A program made the position numbers and the translations under genes. The notes beneath the pieces are model-generated. The model was not told the origin of the DNA. It was given only the letters and a program-made list of their open reading frames with translations, and did no database searches. Shown piece by piece: positions 19,407-28,143 of a stretch of DNA of 64,000 nucleotides; position 1 is the first letter of the stretch; each line of letters opens with the position of its first letter. Source of the DNA: Desulfosoma sp. GTDB lineage: Bacteria; Desulfobacterota; Syntrophobacteria; Syntrophobacterales; DSM-9756. Where the stretch lies: the NCBI GenBank assembly GCA_037481835.1, contig JBBFKW010000002.1, positions 128,001-192,000 on the forward strand, in the 5' to 3' direction.

Positions 19407-21476
19407 CTAAACCGGGACGATGCGGCACGGGATGGCCCGAACCTGCGGTGTCGCCATCACGGGGTCCGTTCGGTCCACCGCCGTAAGCATGTTGAGGTTG
19501 GCCGTCTCCCAACCCCGCAAAGGATCGTGGGTCCTTTCCGGGAACCACCAGCCGTAGTCGGCCGACACCACGGGGTGTTTCAGCGCGTCCGTGAGATGAG
19601 CCCGTTGCTGGATCCGACCGTAGGCCGTCTCGATGGCCACGTGCTGTCCTTCGTCGATGCCCAGCCGAGCTGCCGTATCCCTTGGAATCCACACGACGGG
19701 TTCCGGGTGTTTCTTGCGCAGGCTCTCCAGGTGCCTGTAGGCCGAGTGGAAAAAGTCCTTGGGCTTTCGGCTGGTGAGCAGCAGGGGGAAATCGTCCGGC
19801 AGGGGCCCGGGGTCCTCGGCTGCCGGAAGCGCCTCAAATCCCCACTTTTCCAGGAGGCTTGATCGCAGTTCCACCTTGCCGGACGGGGTCTTGAATCCTT
19901 TGTCCCGGTACGTTCGAAAGCGCTTGGGTCCGAACAGCACTCCTTTTTGGCAAAACTCGGCGTAAGAGATCCCGGATGGAGCCAGGATGGCTTCCAGGAT
20001 GGCCTCGGGACCGTCCCAAAACCGATGGGCCAGTCCCAGGCGTTTTCCCCATTCGTTCAGGATCCACAAGTCCGAACGGCACCCTTCGGGAGGATCCACC
20101 ACCTTGGGGCGTGCCGTGACGAACCCGTGGGGCAGGCCGTAGTGGCCCATATCGTCGTATTCCATGGGCAGGGCAATGGGGAGCACCACGTCCGCCAGCG
20201 CGGCCGTGGGCGTCATGACCTGGTCGGCCACAGCCAGAAAATCCAAGGACTCCAGAGCCCTCTTGACGCTCGGGGCCTCGGAGTAACTGAGCATGGGGTT
20301 GGTGCCTTGCACGTACAGGCAGCGGATGGGGTAGGGGGCCTGCTTGAGAATGGATTGCACCACCATCCAGCTGGGCACGGAAATGAGGCGCGGCAGGATG
20401 CCGTGGTGGTGGTTGAGGAGCTTCCTGGGACGATCGGGAAAATCATCCAGAGCGATCATGTCCTTGAGGGGCAAGAGGCGCGGCATTTCAGTGCGCACAT
20501 TGCCCCCGGGTTCTTCCAAATTGCCCGTGACGGCCATGAGATGCACCAGGGCGCGACACGTGTGGGCGCTGTTGGGGGTGTGTTCCACGGCGTTACCCCA
20601 CTGGAGGCACGCCGGGCGGGATCGGGCGTAAAGCCGTGCCGCCGAGACGATCTTTTCCCTGTCCACCCAGCAGCCGGCGGCGACCCGATCGGGCGTATAG
20701 GATTGCACGGCCCGGCGCAGATCGTCGAAGCCCACCGTCCACTGATCCACGAACTCCCGATCGTACAGTCCCTCTTCCAAGATCACATGGAGGAAGCCCA
20801 TGGCGAGCAGGTCGTCCGTGCCGGGGCGGATCTGGAGCCACAGGTCGGCTTTTTCGGCCGCACCCGTCCGCATGGGGTCCACGACCACAAGACGCGCACC
20901 TTGCTTGAGGCACGCATGGAGATGGCCTCCCAGAACCCCTTCCTCGTTGGTGGCCGAAGGGTTACTCCCCCACAAGAGCACGCACCGAGACGGGCCGTGC
21001 AAATCGGCTACGGGAAAGAATCCGCAGGTGACGAGAGCCATCTGTTCCCGAGGCATGTGACACACGTGCTGGCTTCCGGCCACGTTGGGGCAGCGGAGCA
21101 GGTTCGCCAGGCGAAGGAGCAGGAAAAATTCCGGGCCCTTGGGCGCCCCCTGGGCGAAAGCGAGGCTTTCCGGTCCCGTGGCCTGCAGCGCCTTGGAAAA
21201 GGCCTGGGTCAGTTGGCCCAGAGCCTCATCCCAGGAAATGGGTTTCCACAGGCCGGAGCCTCGAGGCCCGTTTCGCTGAAGGGGCTGAGTGAGCCTCAAG
21301 GGATGTTCCAAGCGCTCTTTCGCGGAAAGGCCTTTGCGGCAATGCCAGCCACGGCTGAAAGGATCGTCGGGGTCCGGCGCCACCGTGTCGATACGGCCGT
21401 CCTCGACGGCCACCTTCAAGCCGCAGCCGCCATGATCAAAGCGGGCACAATGGGTCCGAAACCATTCCTGCGCCAT
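19407..21476 (-). CDS. Molybdo/tungsto-bis-PGD oxidoreductase (DMSO reductase family, acetylene-hydratase-like)
   Basis: N-terminal Fe-S region HCARFDHGGC...CRKG, WGSNP, VVDP, IRPGTD, TPSGKVE, FFHS; no signal peptide seen. Confidence 0.88.
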   Translation of the reverse strand: MAQEWFRTHCARFDHGGCGLKVAVEDGRIDTVAPDPDDPFSRGWHCRKGLSAKERLEHPLRLTQPLQRNGPRGSGLWKPISWDEALGQLTQAFSKALQATGPESLAFAQGAPKGPEFFLLLRLANLLRCPNVAGSQHVCHMPREQMALVTCGFFPVADLHGPSRCVLLWGSNPSATNEEGVLGGHLHACLKQGARLVVVDPMRTGAAEKADLWLQIRPGTDDLLAMGFLHVILEEGLYDREFVDQWTVGFDDLRRAVQSYTPDRVAAGCWVDREKIVSAARLYARSRPACLQWGNAVEHTPNSAHTCRALVHLMAVTGNLEEPGGNVRTEMPRLLPLKDMIALDDFPDRPRKLLNHHHGILPRLISVPSWMVVQSILKQAPYPIRCLYVQGTNPMLSYSEAPSVKRALESLDFLAVADQVMTPTAALADVVLPIALPMEYDDMGHYGLPHGFVTARPKVVDPPEGCRSDLWILNEWGKRLGLAHRFWDGPEAILEAILAPSGISYAEFCQKGVLFGPKRFRTYRDKGFKTPSGKVELRSSLLEKWGFEALPAAEDPGPLPDDFPLLLTSRKPKDFFHSAYRHLESLRKKHPEPVVWIPRDTAARLGIDEGQHVAIETAYGRIQQRAHLTDALKHPVVSADYGWWFPERTHDPLRGWETANLNMLTAVDRTDPVMATPQVRAIPCRIVPV

Positions 21477-21502
21477 GGTTTTTTCCTCATAGACCTTCAC
21501 AG

Positions 21503-21844
21503 TCACGATGGGAGGTTCGCTCTCGCCTTTTCCAGCAGGACCGTCAATTCCAAGGATTTTTGGGCGATGGTTTCCAAGGTCTCCGCGACCTCGGGAAGGC
21601 CTTCCGAGCGGGCGCGCTGCGCCCACAGGCGGTAGGAGGTCACGTGATCGTGGTTATGATGCACCCAATGATCGAGCATCTTGGCAAGTTTTTCCTTGGC
21701 GGACAGGGGGCTGGGGGAGTGTTCGTCTTGGGACGCTTCTGCTTCGGGGCCGGCGTGCGTCGCGTGCCCGGGGTCGTGGTGATGGTGGTGGTGTCCGTGT
21801 CCGTGCCCGTGATGATGGGAGTCGTCATGGTGATGATGTGTCAT
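21503..21844 (-). CDS. His-rich putative metal-binding protein
   Basis: 17 His in the first 30 aa, then helical HWVHHNHDH motif; operonic spacing with neighbours. Confidence 0.8.
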   Translation of the reverse strand: MTHHHHDDSHHHGHGHGHHHHHHDPGHATHAGPEAEASQDEHSPSPLSAKEKLAKMLDHWVHHNHDHVTSYRLWAQRARSEGLPEVAETLETIAQKSLELTVLLEKARANLPS

Positions 21845-21868
21845 GGGTGTCCCTTCCTCAAAGGAGGA

Positions 21869-22672
21869 TCACTTCATGTCTGTGGTGTGGACCCAGAAGA
21901 CCGCGCCGATTTCCACGGGCTTGGGAACCCCGTCTTTTTTGAGCTTCCACGGAGCTTCGCTGAGCGCCGCAAAGCCCCACCAGCCGGCTCGAGGCATGGC
22001 ATAGGTGAACACGCCGTTGCGGTCGGCTTTGACCACCTGGGTCACGTACGGGTCCGAAGGGGCCTTGACTGTGGAGGGATTATCCGGCGATTCGTTGAGG
22101 TATTCCACTTCCACCTCGGCGTAAGGGACGGGTTTTCCTTTGAGGAGCACCCGGCCGGTAAAGACATTTCCGGTCCATAGGCCGTAGGGCCTGGTCAGCG
22201 GCACGATTTCCGTCTCCAAACCGACCTCTGCGTCCCAGCCTTCCTCCAATCCCAGGGCCTGCACGCACACCTTGGTGTAGTGCACGATGTACTTGTCCTC
22301 GGCGGGTTCCCAGTAGGGAGCCGGCTCCAAGAAGAAGAGATAGTCGCCGGGCTTTCGGATGGCGGTGGTCGTCTCCCAAAACGTAAAATCGCGATCCTGA
22401 TCCGGGGCACGCCCTTTACGGGCCTGGAGGGATGGGGTAAGGTCCGTTTTCTGACCCTTGTGGAGGAAACCGAACCGTTTGGGTTTTTCCATGTCCATGT
22501 AGTGGCCTTCCATGGGATGGAGGAACTTGGCCTGAACGGTCACGGTCTTGGGGTCATCGGAGGTGACGATGTCGTCGGAGGGGAGGATCAGCCCGAAATG
22601 GGCCACGGCGCGATCGGCGCCCATGAGAAAACAGGACAAGAGAGCAAGGCACACAACGGTCAAGCGTTTCAT
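21869..22672 (-). CDS. DUF4198 / NikM-like periplasmic Co/Ni transport-associated protein
   Basis: Signal peptide ending [38 protein letters not shown]. Confidence 0.85.
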   Translation of the reverse strand: MKRLTVVCLALLSCFLMGADRAVAHFGLILPSDDIVTSDDPKTVTVQAKFLHPMEGHYMDMEKPKRFGFLHKGQKTDLTPSLQARKGRAPDQDRDFTFWETTTAIRKPGDYLFFLEPAPYWEPAEDKYIVHYTKVCVQALGLEEGWDAEVGLETEIVPLTRPYGLWTGNVFTGRVLLKGKPVPYAEVEVEYLNESPDNPSTVKAPSDPYVTQVVKADRNGVFTYAMPRAGWWGFAALSEAPWKLKKDGVPKPVEIGAVFWVHTTDMK

Positions 22673-22802
22673 GGCAACCTCCTTCACTGAAGCGGGCCGA
22701 TGGGTTTGGGAAAGCTTCTGCGTCATGAGCCGGGTCTTCGTGACCGGAGGTTCATGGGAGGGTTCCACCGGGGAACCTTGTGGGGTTTGTGGGGTCGTGC
22801 CG

Positions 22803-22860
22803 GGAAAGTTTCAACTTTCCATTACCGGCCTAATGTGAAGGAAAACGCAGGACCTGTCAA
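22803..22860. promoter_or_regulatory. Divergent promoter region with perfect palindrome
   Basis: GGAAAGTT-TC-AACTTTCC (22803-22820); minus strand TTGACA-N17-CACATT; plus strand TAATGT at 22831-22836. Confidence 0.5.
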
Positions 22861-22876
22861 GGCGCGGAGGACAGAA

Positions 22877-23149
22877 GTGACAAAGGAAAGATCCGTGGCA
22901 GGAAAAACGGCGCAACAGGACGACGGCATTGCCGATTACCGGGGCGATTGTTGAGCGGGCTTTCTGGACGTAAGTTTACGTCTTCGGTTTTTGCGGCCGG
23001 GCGAAGGGTTCCGCATCCGCGTCACGGCCGACCAGCGCCCCAAGATGGAACGGGTGGTGGCCCACAACGGCGGCATTGTGGCCGACCTGCTCCAAAAGCC
23101 AGACGCTGTGGAAATGCTCATCGTCAGAAAACCCAAAGAGCCCTCCTAA
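22877..23149 (+). CDS. TusA/SirA-like sulfur-carrier-fold selenoprotein (Sec at TGA 22952-22954); not in the ORF track
   Basis: GGAGG RBS + GTG; read-through gives MTKERSVAGKTAQQDDGIADYRGDCUAGFLDVSLRLRFLRPGEGFRIRVTADQRPKMERVVAHNGGIVADLLQKPDAVEMLIVRKPKEPS; SECIS-like hairpin 3' of the UGA; selC is in the window. Confidence 0.75.
22955..22994 (+). promoter_or_regulatory. Candidate bacterial SECIS element
   Basis: Stem GGACGUA/UACGUCU (22966-22983) with apical loop AGUU starting 19 nt after the UGA. Confidence 0.65.
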
Positions 23150-23352
23150 CGTTCGGTTTGCCACTCCCTCGTTTCCGCTCACGAGGCTTTCTTTGCGCCT
23201 TTGCGCAAGACCTTTTTACCTCGCGCCAGGCCCCAAGGCGCTGTTTTGTTTGACATGAGCCTCCACGTCTCCACCCTGGGGGATCTCATGAAAAATTTCC
23301 CTTGACACGACCGGGCGGGGCTTGTTACCCGTAGAGCACAATTTTTCATGAG

Positions 23353-23514
23353 CGGTCAGGTGCTCGGCGCTTAAAAGGGAATCCCGTGAGAGTCGGGAGC
23401 GGTCCCGCCGCTGTGAACGGGGACGGCGCCTGCAGGAATGCCACTGGCGACGAAAAATCGCCGGGAAGGTGCAGGCGTTCGGATGATCCGTGAGCCAGAA
23501 GACCTGCCTGATCG
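23353..23514 (+). ncRNA. Cobalamin (B12) riboswitch
   Basis: AAAAGGGAATCCCGTGAGAGTCGGGAGCGGTCCCGCCGCTGT, GCCACTG...GGGAAGG, B12 box GAGCCAGAAGACCTGCC; P1 CGGTCAGG/CCTGATCG; upstream of cbiK. Confidence 0.95.
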
Positions 23515-23580
23515 CCGGGAAACACGGCACGGGTGCATGCCGTCACGTTTCCGCCGCAAGGACCAAGCGAAACTGGGTGC

Positions 23581-23616
23581 AATCCTTAGAGCTGCCGGCT
23601 CTAAGGATTTTTTTTT
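23581..23616 (+). terminator. Intrinsic terminator, likely riboswitch expression platform
   Basis: AATCCTTAGAGC-loop-GCTCTAAGGATT followed by a T run, between the aptamer and the first gene. Confidence 0.85.
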
Positions 23617-23732
23617 GGGAAAGGACGGCCCATCCTTTCCCCGCACCACCCTCCTCATCGTTCCTTTCACCCTTTAACCGCTCGGGGACGACGCCGTGCG
23701 TCCCCGAGCGCACCCAAAAATGGAGGAACATC

Positions 23733-23978
23733 ATGAAAAGAGGACTCATCGTTTATGTGACGGGCGGTGGAGAACTTCACGAAGAAAGCTGGGGTTCCTA
23801 CGCGTGCATGGACCGCTTCGGGGCCGACGCGGTGGGGGTCGCCCGCAGCGAATTCGACATCGCCGAAAACTGGTGGCGCATGATCACTCGAGGCATGCAG
23901 GAAATCCTCTGCGTGCGGGCTCAGGTAAGTGACGACGGCATGAGCATCATCGGGGCTCCTTTGAGGATTTGCGGCTGA
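23733..23978 (+). CDS. Small hypothetical protein (81 aa), B12-regulated
   Basis: GGAGG RBS; MKRGLIVYV...WWRMITRGMQEI...PLRICG; first gene after the riboswitch. Confidence 0.75.
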   Translation: MKRGLIVYVTGGGELHEESWGSYACMDRFGADAVGVARSEFDIAENWWRMITRGMQEILCVRAQVSDDGMSIIGAPLRICG

Positions 23979-24037
23979 GGGAGCGCGCGGCTCGGGCGGG
24001 CCATGGATTCTTTTGCCTTGGGAAAGGAGAACACTCT

Positions 24038-24955
24038 ATGCTCAAAAGGTTCGTGAAACATCCGGGGGTTCTTCTGGGCGTTCTTGGTCTTTTGGTGGTT
24101 TTTTGCGGAGGCTTCGGGGTGGATAAGGCTTTTGCCAAACACGGGGCGGATCGAGAAGGCAAGCAGGCGATCCTGGTGGTGGCTTTCGGCACCAGTGTGC
24201 CGGAAGCGAAGAAGGCGTACGATGCCATCGACAAGCGCATCGGGGAGGCTTTCCCCGGCATGGAAAGGCGCTGGGCGTACACGTCGGGCATCATCCGGAA
24301 AAAGCTCCGATCCCAGGGAACCGAGATCCATTCCCCGGAAACGGCTATGGCCAAACTCATGGAAGACGGCTTTACTCATGTGGCCGTTGTGTCCCTGCAC
24401 GTCATTCCCGGGGCCGAATTCCACGACCTCTACACGAACGCTCGGCTGTTCACCCAGATGTCGGGCGGGTTCAAAAAGGTGACGTTCGCCATGCCGCTCC
24501 TTTCGTCCACTGAGGACATGGCGGACGTCGTGCGCGCCGTCACGGCCGCCGTCCCTCGGGAGCGCCGCCCTGAAGAAGCGGTGGTCTTCATGGGGCACGG
24601 GAGCGAGCATCACCCGGCCGACGCTTTCTATACGGCCATGGACGCCCTTTTTCAGAAGCAGGATCCCAACATGTTCCTTGCCACCGTGGAAGGCTCGCCA
24701 GGCTTCGACGATGTGCTGCCCGTCCTCGAGAGCCGCAAAATCAAGAAAGCCTACCTCATCCCCTTCATGGTCGTCGCCGGGGATCACGCCCGAAACGACA
24801 TGGCGGGAGACGACGCAGACAGCTGGAAGTCCCGCCTCGCCGCCAAGGGCATTGCGGCGGTCCCCGTTTTTCGGGGTATGGGTGAAATTCCCGATGTGGT
24901 GGACGTTTGGGTCCGTCACCTGCGTTCGGCCGTGGAGGCCTTGGGGACGCCGTAA
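24038..24955 (+). CDS. cbiK: Sirohydrochlorin cobaltochelatase CbiK with N-terminal signal peptide (periplasmic type)
   Basis: ILVVAFGTS, AYTS, HVIPGAEF, MGHG, VAGDHARND; hydrophobic leader; RBS AAGGAG. Confidence 0.92.
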   Translation: MLKRFVKHPGVLLGVLGLLVVFCGGFGVDKAFAKHGADREGKQAILVVAFGTSVPEAKKAYDAIDKRIGEAFPGMERRWAYTSGIIRKKLRSQGTEIHSPETAMAKLMEDGFTHVAVVSLHVIPGAEFHDLYTNARLFTQMSGGFKKVTFAMPLLSSTEDMADVVRAVTAAVPRERRPEEAVVFMGHGSEHHPADAFYTAMDALFQKQDPNMFLATVEGSPGFDDVLPVLESRKIKKAYLIPFMVVAGDHARNDMAGDDADSWKSRLAAKGIAAVPVFRGMGEIPDVVDVWVRHLRSAVEALGTP

Positions 24956-25701
24956 CTGCACGGGACGTCCGCCACGCATTTGCCGCACACGTCCACAAGG
25001 GGCAGGTCGGCATAGTGGCGATCGTTTTCCAGAAGCTGGGCGTAGCACCGATGGCGATCGAGCCCGTCTTGGGTGAGGGCGCCGTAGGTGCAGCGCCGGA
25101 CGCAGGCCGAGCACGAATGGCCGGACTTGGCCAGGCAGTATTCCCGTCCGGGACGAGTCGTGGGTTCCATGGGTTTGGACGTGACCAGACTGCCCAGCCG
25201 GCCGCACGCGCCTTGAGGGGTGATGAGCTGGTGATGAAGGCCGAAGGTTCCCAAGCCGGCGATGTATCCCAGATGCTTGTGGGACCATCGGCTCACCAGC
25301 CGCTTTTCATCAAAGTTGTGGGTCGCCGGTGTCACGGCGCTCTCATGGCCTTCCGCGGCAAACGCCTGCCGAAGAGCCTCGCAGATTTGGGCGATGAGGG
25401 CGTTGGTTGCCAGGTAGGCTTCGGCCCACGATCGGGCCGCATAGGGCGTTTTGTTTCGGTTTTTTTGAGCGAGGGCTTCCTGGAACGGCAGGAAAAACAC
25501 GACGACCGATGCGGCGGAAGAAAGCAGATCTCGGGGCAGGGCATGATCCGGGGCCACCACCTCGCGGAGTTTCTCAAAGAGCGGGTCTGTGACGTCGGCG
25601 ATGCCGACGCACACGGGAAACCGCCAGTACGCCCTCCCCCCGAAGCTGTCCGTGCAGCGGCGCACTTCCTTTTCGATGATATGTCGGATTCTCTGGATCA
25701 T
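24916..25701 (-). CDS. Epoxyqueuosine-reductase-like Fe-S protein
   Basis: SVVVFFLPF, WSHKHLGYIAGLGTFG, GRLGS, CSACVRRC, DVCGKC. Confidence 0.75.
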   Translation of the reverse strand: MIQRIRHIIEKEVRRCTDSFGGRAYWRFPVCVGIADVTDPLFEKLREVVAPDHALPRDLLSSAASVVVFFLPFQEALAQKNRNKTPYAARSWAEAYLATNALIAQICEALRQAFAAEGHESAVTPATHNFDEKRLVSRWSHKHLGYIAGLGTFGLHHQLITPQGACGRLGSLVTSKPMEPTTRPGREYCLAKSGHSCSACVRRCTYGALTQDGLDRHRCYAQLLENDRHYADLPLVDVCGKCVADVPCSYGVPKASTAERR

Positions 25702-25832
25702 CAGACTCCCTCATGACGGCATGGGAGAAAAGAGCTCGAAACACCGGTGTGGTTGCGCCTTCGGTCTCGAGCCTTTACAATGGGCCTCGTTGTCCATGCA
25801 CTTCCGAGAATTCTTAATGCGCGGTTTCTCCC

Positions 25833-26324
25833 ATGACGAACATCCCTCAGGGATCCCAAGCGTTTTTTCGTGCCGACCGAAGAGCGAGCCGTTGGGACGT
25901 CACTGTCATGGTCCTGCTGGCGATCCTTCTTTTGATTCCCATCCCCTTCGTCCAGTTTCGGTCGTGGCCCGAAAGGCGCCTTATCCTGGAACGGCCAGTG
26001 CTCCCGTGGAGTGCCTTTCGCCTGTGCTACCACCCCATCGAAGGCGGACCGCCCGTGGAAGAGCTCTACCGCTTTGAGGGATCGGGACGCCTCGCCCCGC
26101 AACCCCTGAACGCCGTGTCTCCTTTGGCCTTGGAATCCTCGGAGCTCCCCTTTCTCCAATGGCAAAAGCAGCCGGAAATCGGCTTGCATGAAATCCATCG
26201 CACAGGGGCGTTGCTGGAAATCACGGTCCGCTGGCAACCCATCCTGGCCTACCCTTTGAAAATGCTTAGAGATGCCTGGCAGGCTCATCCCTTGGGATCC
26301 CACGGAGGTGAAGCCAGCCGATAA
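25833..26324 (+). CDS. Hypothetical membrane-anchored protein (distantly DUF1850-like)
   Basis: TM helix followed by FRLCYHP..PVEELYRF. Confidence 0.5.
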   Translation: MTNIPQGSQAFFRADRRASRWDVTVMVLLAILLLIPIPFVQFRSWPERRLILERPVLPWSAFRLCYHPIEGGPPVEELYRFEGSGRLAPQPLNAVSPLALESSELPFLQWQKQPEIGLHEIHRTGALLEITVRWQPILAYPLKMLRDAWQAHPLGSHGGEASR

Positions 26325-26857
26325 ATGACCCGAATGCGTTCCGGGTTGACCCCCTCATCCAAAAGGGAGACGACGCGGCGCAGACTGCGCCGCAGCTTGT
26401 AAAGCGCCGCGTAGGAAGCCACCATATCGAAAGGCGCCGTGCTCATTTCGGGAAAGGCCTTTTCGAAGACGCTCAAGGCCTGTTCCAAGCGCTCCAGGCC
26501 CTGGCGATAATTGTTTTCCAGCATGGCAACGGAAACCAGATTCGTCAGCAGGCCGAAACACAGCACCGGGTCGCCGGCTGAGACGCCCAAACCTTCCTGA
26601 AGCAGGTCCTTGGCCTTGTCCGTGTTGTGATGGTGCAAGTAGAGGTAGCCCAAATCCCGGCACAGCCGTCCCTGGAGATCGAGGAATTGGCGGGTTCTCG
26701 CCAGATCCAGAGCGAGCTGGTAATAGCGGATGGCCTTGATGAAATGGCGCCGGGTGCAGGCCTGATCGCCCTGATGGATCCAGACAAGAACCTGGTCCCG
26801 GTCGGCGTCGGGATCCGAAGGCTCACGAGGGGGGCGCACCTGTAGACTCCTCTGCAA
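26285..26857 (-). CDS. TPR-like hypothetical protein
   Basis: Helical repeats AIRYYQLAL, LGYLY..KAKDLLQEGL, GLERLEQAL. Confidence 0.6.
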   Translation of the reverse strand: MQRSLQVRPPREPSDPDADRDQVLVWIHQGDQACTRRHFIKAIRYYQLALDLARTRQFLDLQGRLCRDLGYLYLHHHNTDKAKDLLQEGLGVSAGDPVLCFGLLTNLVSVAMLENNYRQGLERLEQALSVFEKAFPEMSTAPFDMVASYAALYKLRRSLRRVVSLLDEGVNPERIRVIYRLASPPWDPKG

Positions 26858-27893
26858 GTGTTGGCTCCTGCAGCCGAAGATTGGGAAAGACGAGCCGGCT
26901 TACGGCAAAGCTGAAGGCCAAGGGCAGCCAATAATACGCCATTCGATACAAAAGCACCGCCAGGAGGGCCTGGTTGTAGTCTTTGCCCAAAAGATAGAAC
27001 GCGCCCGCCATGGACCCTTCCATGAGGCCGAGGGATACGGGCGTGATGGAAAACAACCCTGTGAAAATGCCCACCGAAAACCCCACGGACAATTCCCTCA
27101 AGGAAATGGGGCAGTCGACGGCTTTGAAGGCGTACTTGAGACAGAGGAACATGAAGGCCCAATCCAGGGTGGCGTATAGGATCGGGCGCGTGAGGCGCGA
27201 GGTGTTCTGAATCATGAGAGTCAGGCTTTCGTCGAAGTTGTGAAAGAAGGCTTCGGCCTTCTTCGGCACAATCCACTGAGGCTTCTTGAGGACAGCGGCG
27301 AGGCGATGGGCGGCTCGAATGCTCACGTCCCACGCGCGACGGCGGAACGACGGGCTGATGAGGATCTGCAAGGTCATCCACGTCAAGACAAAAGCGGCGC
27401 TCAGGACGAGGATGGCCACCCCCAATTGCTTGGCGTGGATCTGAGCATGCCCGTAAAGATAAAAGAAGCCCAAATAGATGAGGATCACCGCCACGGTGTT
27501 GGTCAGAAACCCGTGAACCATGGAAATACTCAGCGTGCGGCTCGGCGGAATGCGCTGCCGGCTCAGGAGATAAACCTTGACCGCCAGGCCGCTCAGGCCT
27601 CCGAAGGGCATGAGGTAGTTGACGCAACAGGAGACGAGGGAAATGGAAAGGACCGTCCCCAGGGGCAGGGCGTGTTCCAAGTTCTTGATGAGCTCAAAAA
27701 GCACGGCCCCCATGAAGAGATAACTCAAAGCGCTGGCCCCGATGGCCGTGAGAGCCCACATGGGCTCGATTTCTTCGAGGCGCCTCGTAAGCACGGGAAG
27801 ATCCGCCCGATAGAGCACAAAGGCCAAGACGGCAAGCCCGAAAACGCCGGCGACCCAGAAGCGGATTCGATGACGCGCGGGGACACTCACCAT
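26823..27893 (-). CDS. Lysylphosphatidylglycerol synthase TM / flippase-like membrane protein (UPF0104)
   Basis: Multi-TM; NYLMPFGG, TPVSLGLMEG, LLYRMAYYWLP; RBS AAGGAG. Confidence 0.8.
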   Translation of the reverse strand: MVSVPARHRIRFWVAGVFGLAVLAFVLYRADLPVLTRRLEEIEPMWALTAIGASALSYLFMGAVLFELIKNLEHALPLGTVLSISLVSCCVNYLMPFGGLSGLAVKVYLLSRQRIPPSRTLSISMVHGFLTNTVAVILIYLGFFYLYGHAQIHAKQLGVAILVLSAAFVLTWMTLQILISPSFRRRAWDVSIRAAHRLAAVLKKPQWIVPKKAEAFFHNFDESLTLMIQNTSRLTRPILYATLDWAFMFLCLKYAFKAVDCPISLRELSVGFSVGIFTGLFSITPVSLGLMEGSMAGAFYLLGKDYNQALLAVLLYRMAYYWLPLAFSFAVSRLVFPNLRLQEPTLAEESTGAPPS

Positions 27894-28143
27894 GGGCTCC
27901 TTAATGGCTTGAGCACGTTGCAGCACAGGTCCTCTTACCAAAGCTTGGCGGTAGAGAAAAGACGATCTTCACGGGAACCGTCCGGGAGACAAGCCCAATG
28001 GGGCGGCATTCCGATGCGGTTGGGAATGCCTTGAATCCAATGGGAAGGGCACTCCGGGCTTGCGGAAAAGTGGCTTTCGGCTGTAGTGATATGAAACGCT
28101 GATTTCGAGACGATGACTCATGCTCAGGGAATTGTGGAAGGCG

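Noticed and set aside
23179..23256. Minus-strand 25-aa ORF MSNKTAPWGLARGKKVLRKGAKKAS with GGAGG
   Set aside because: Very short, no motif, and read-through of its TGA meets TAG after 10 codons; unsupported
23970..24056. Possible Sec read-through of ...RICG-TGA in the 81-aa gene
   Set aside because: The extension looks non-protein-like, runs over the cbiK RBS and start, and has only weak hairpins; an ordinary stop is more likely
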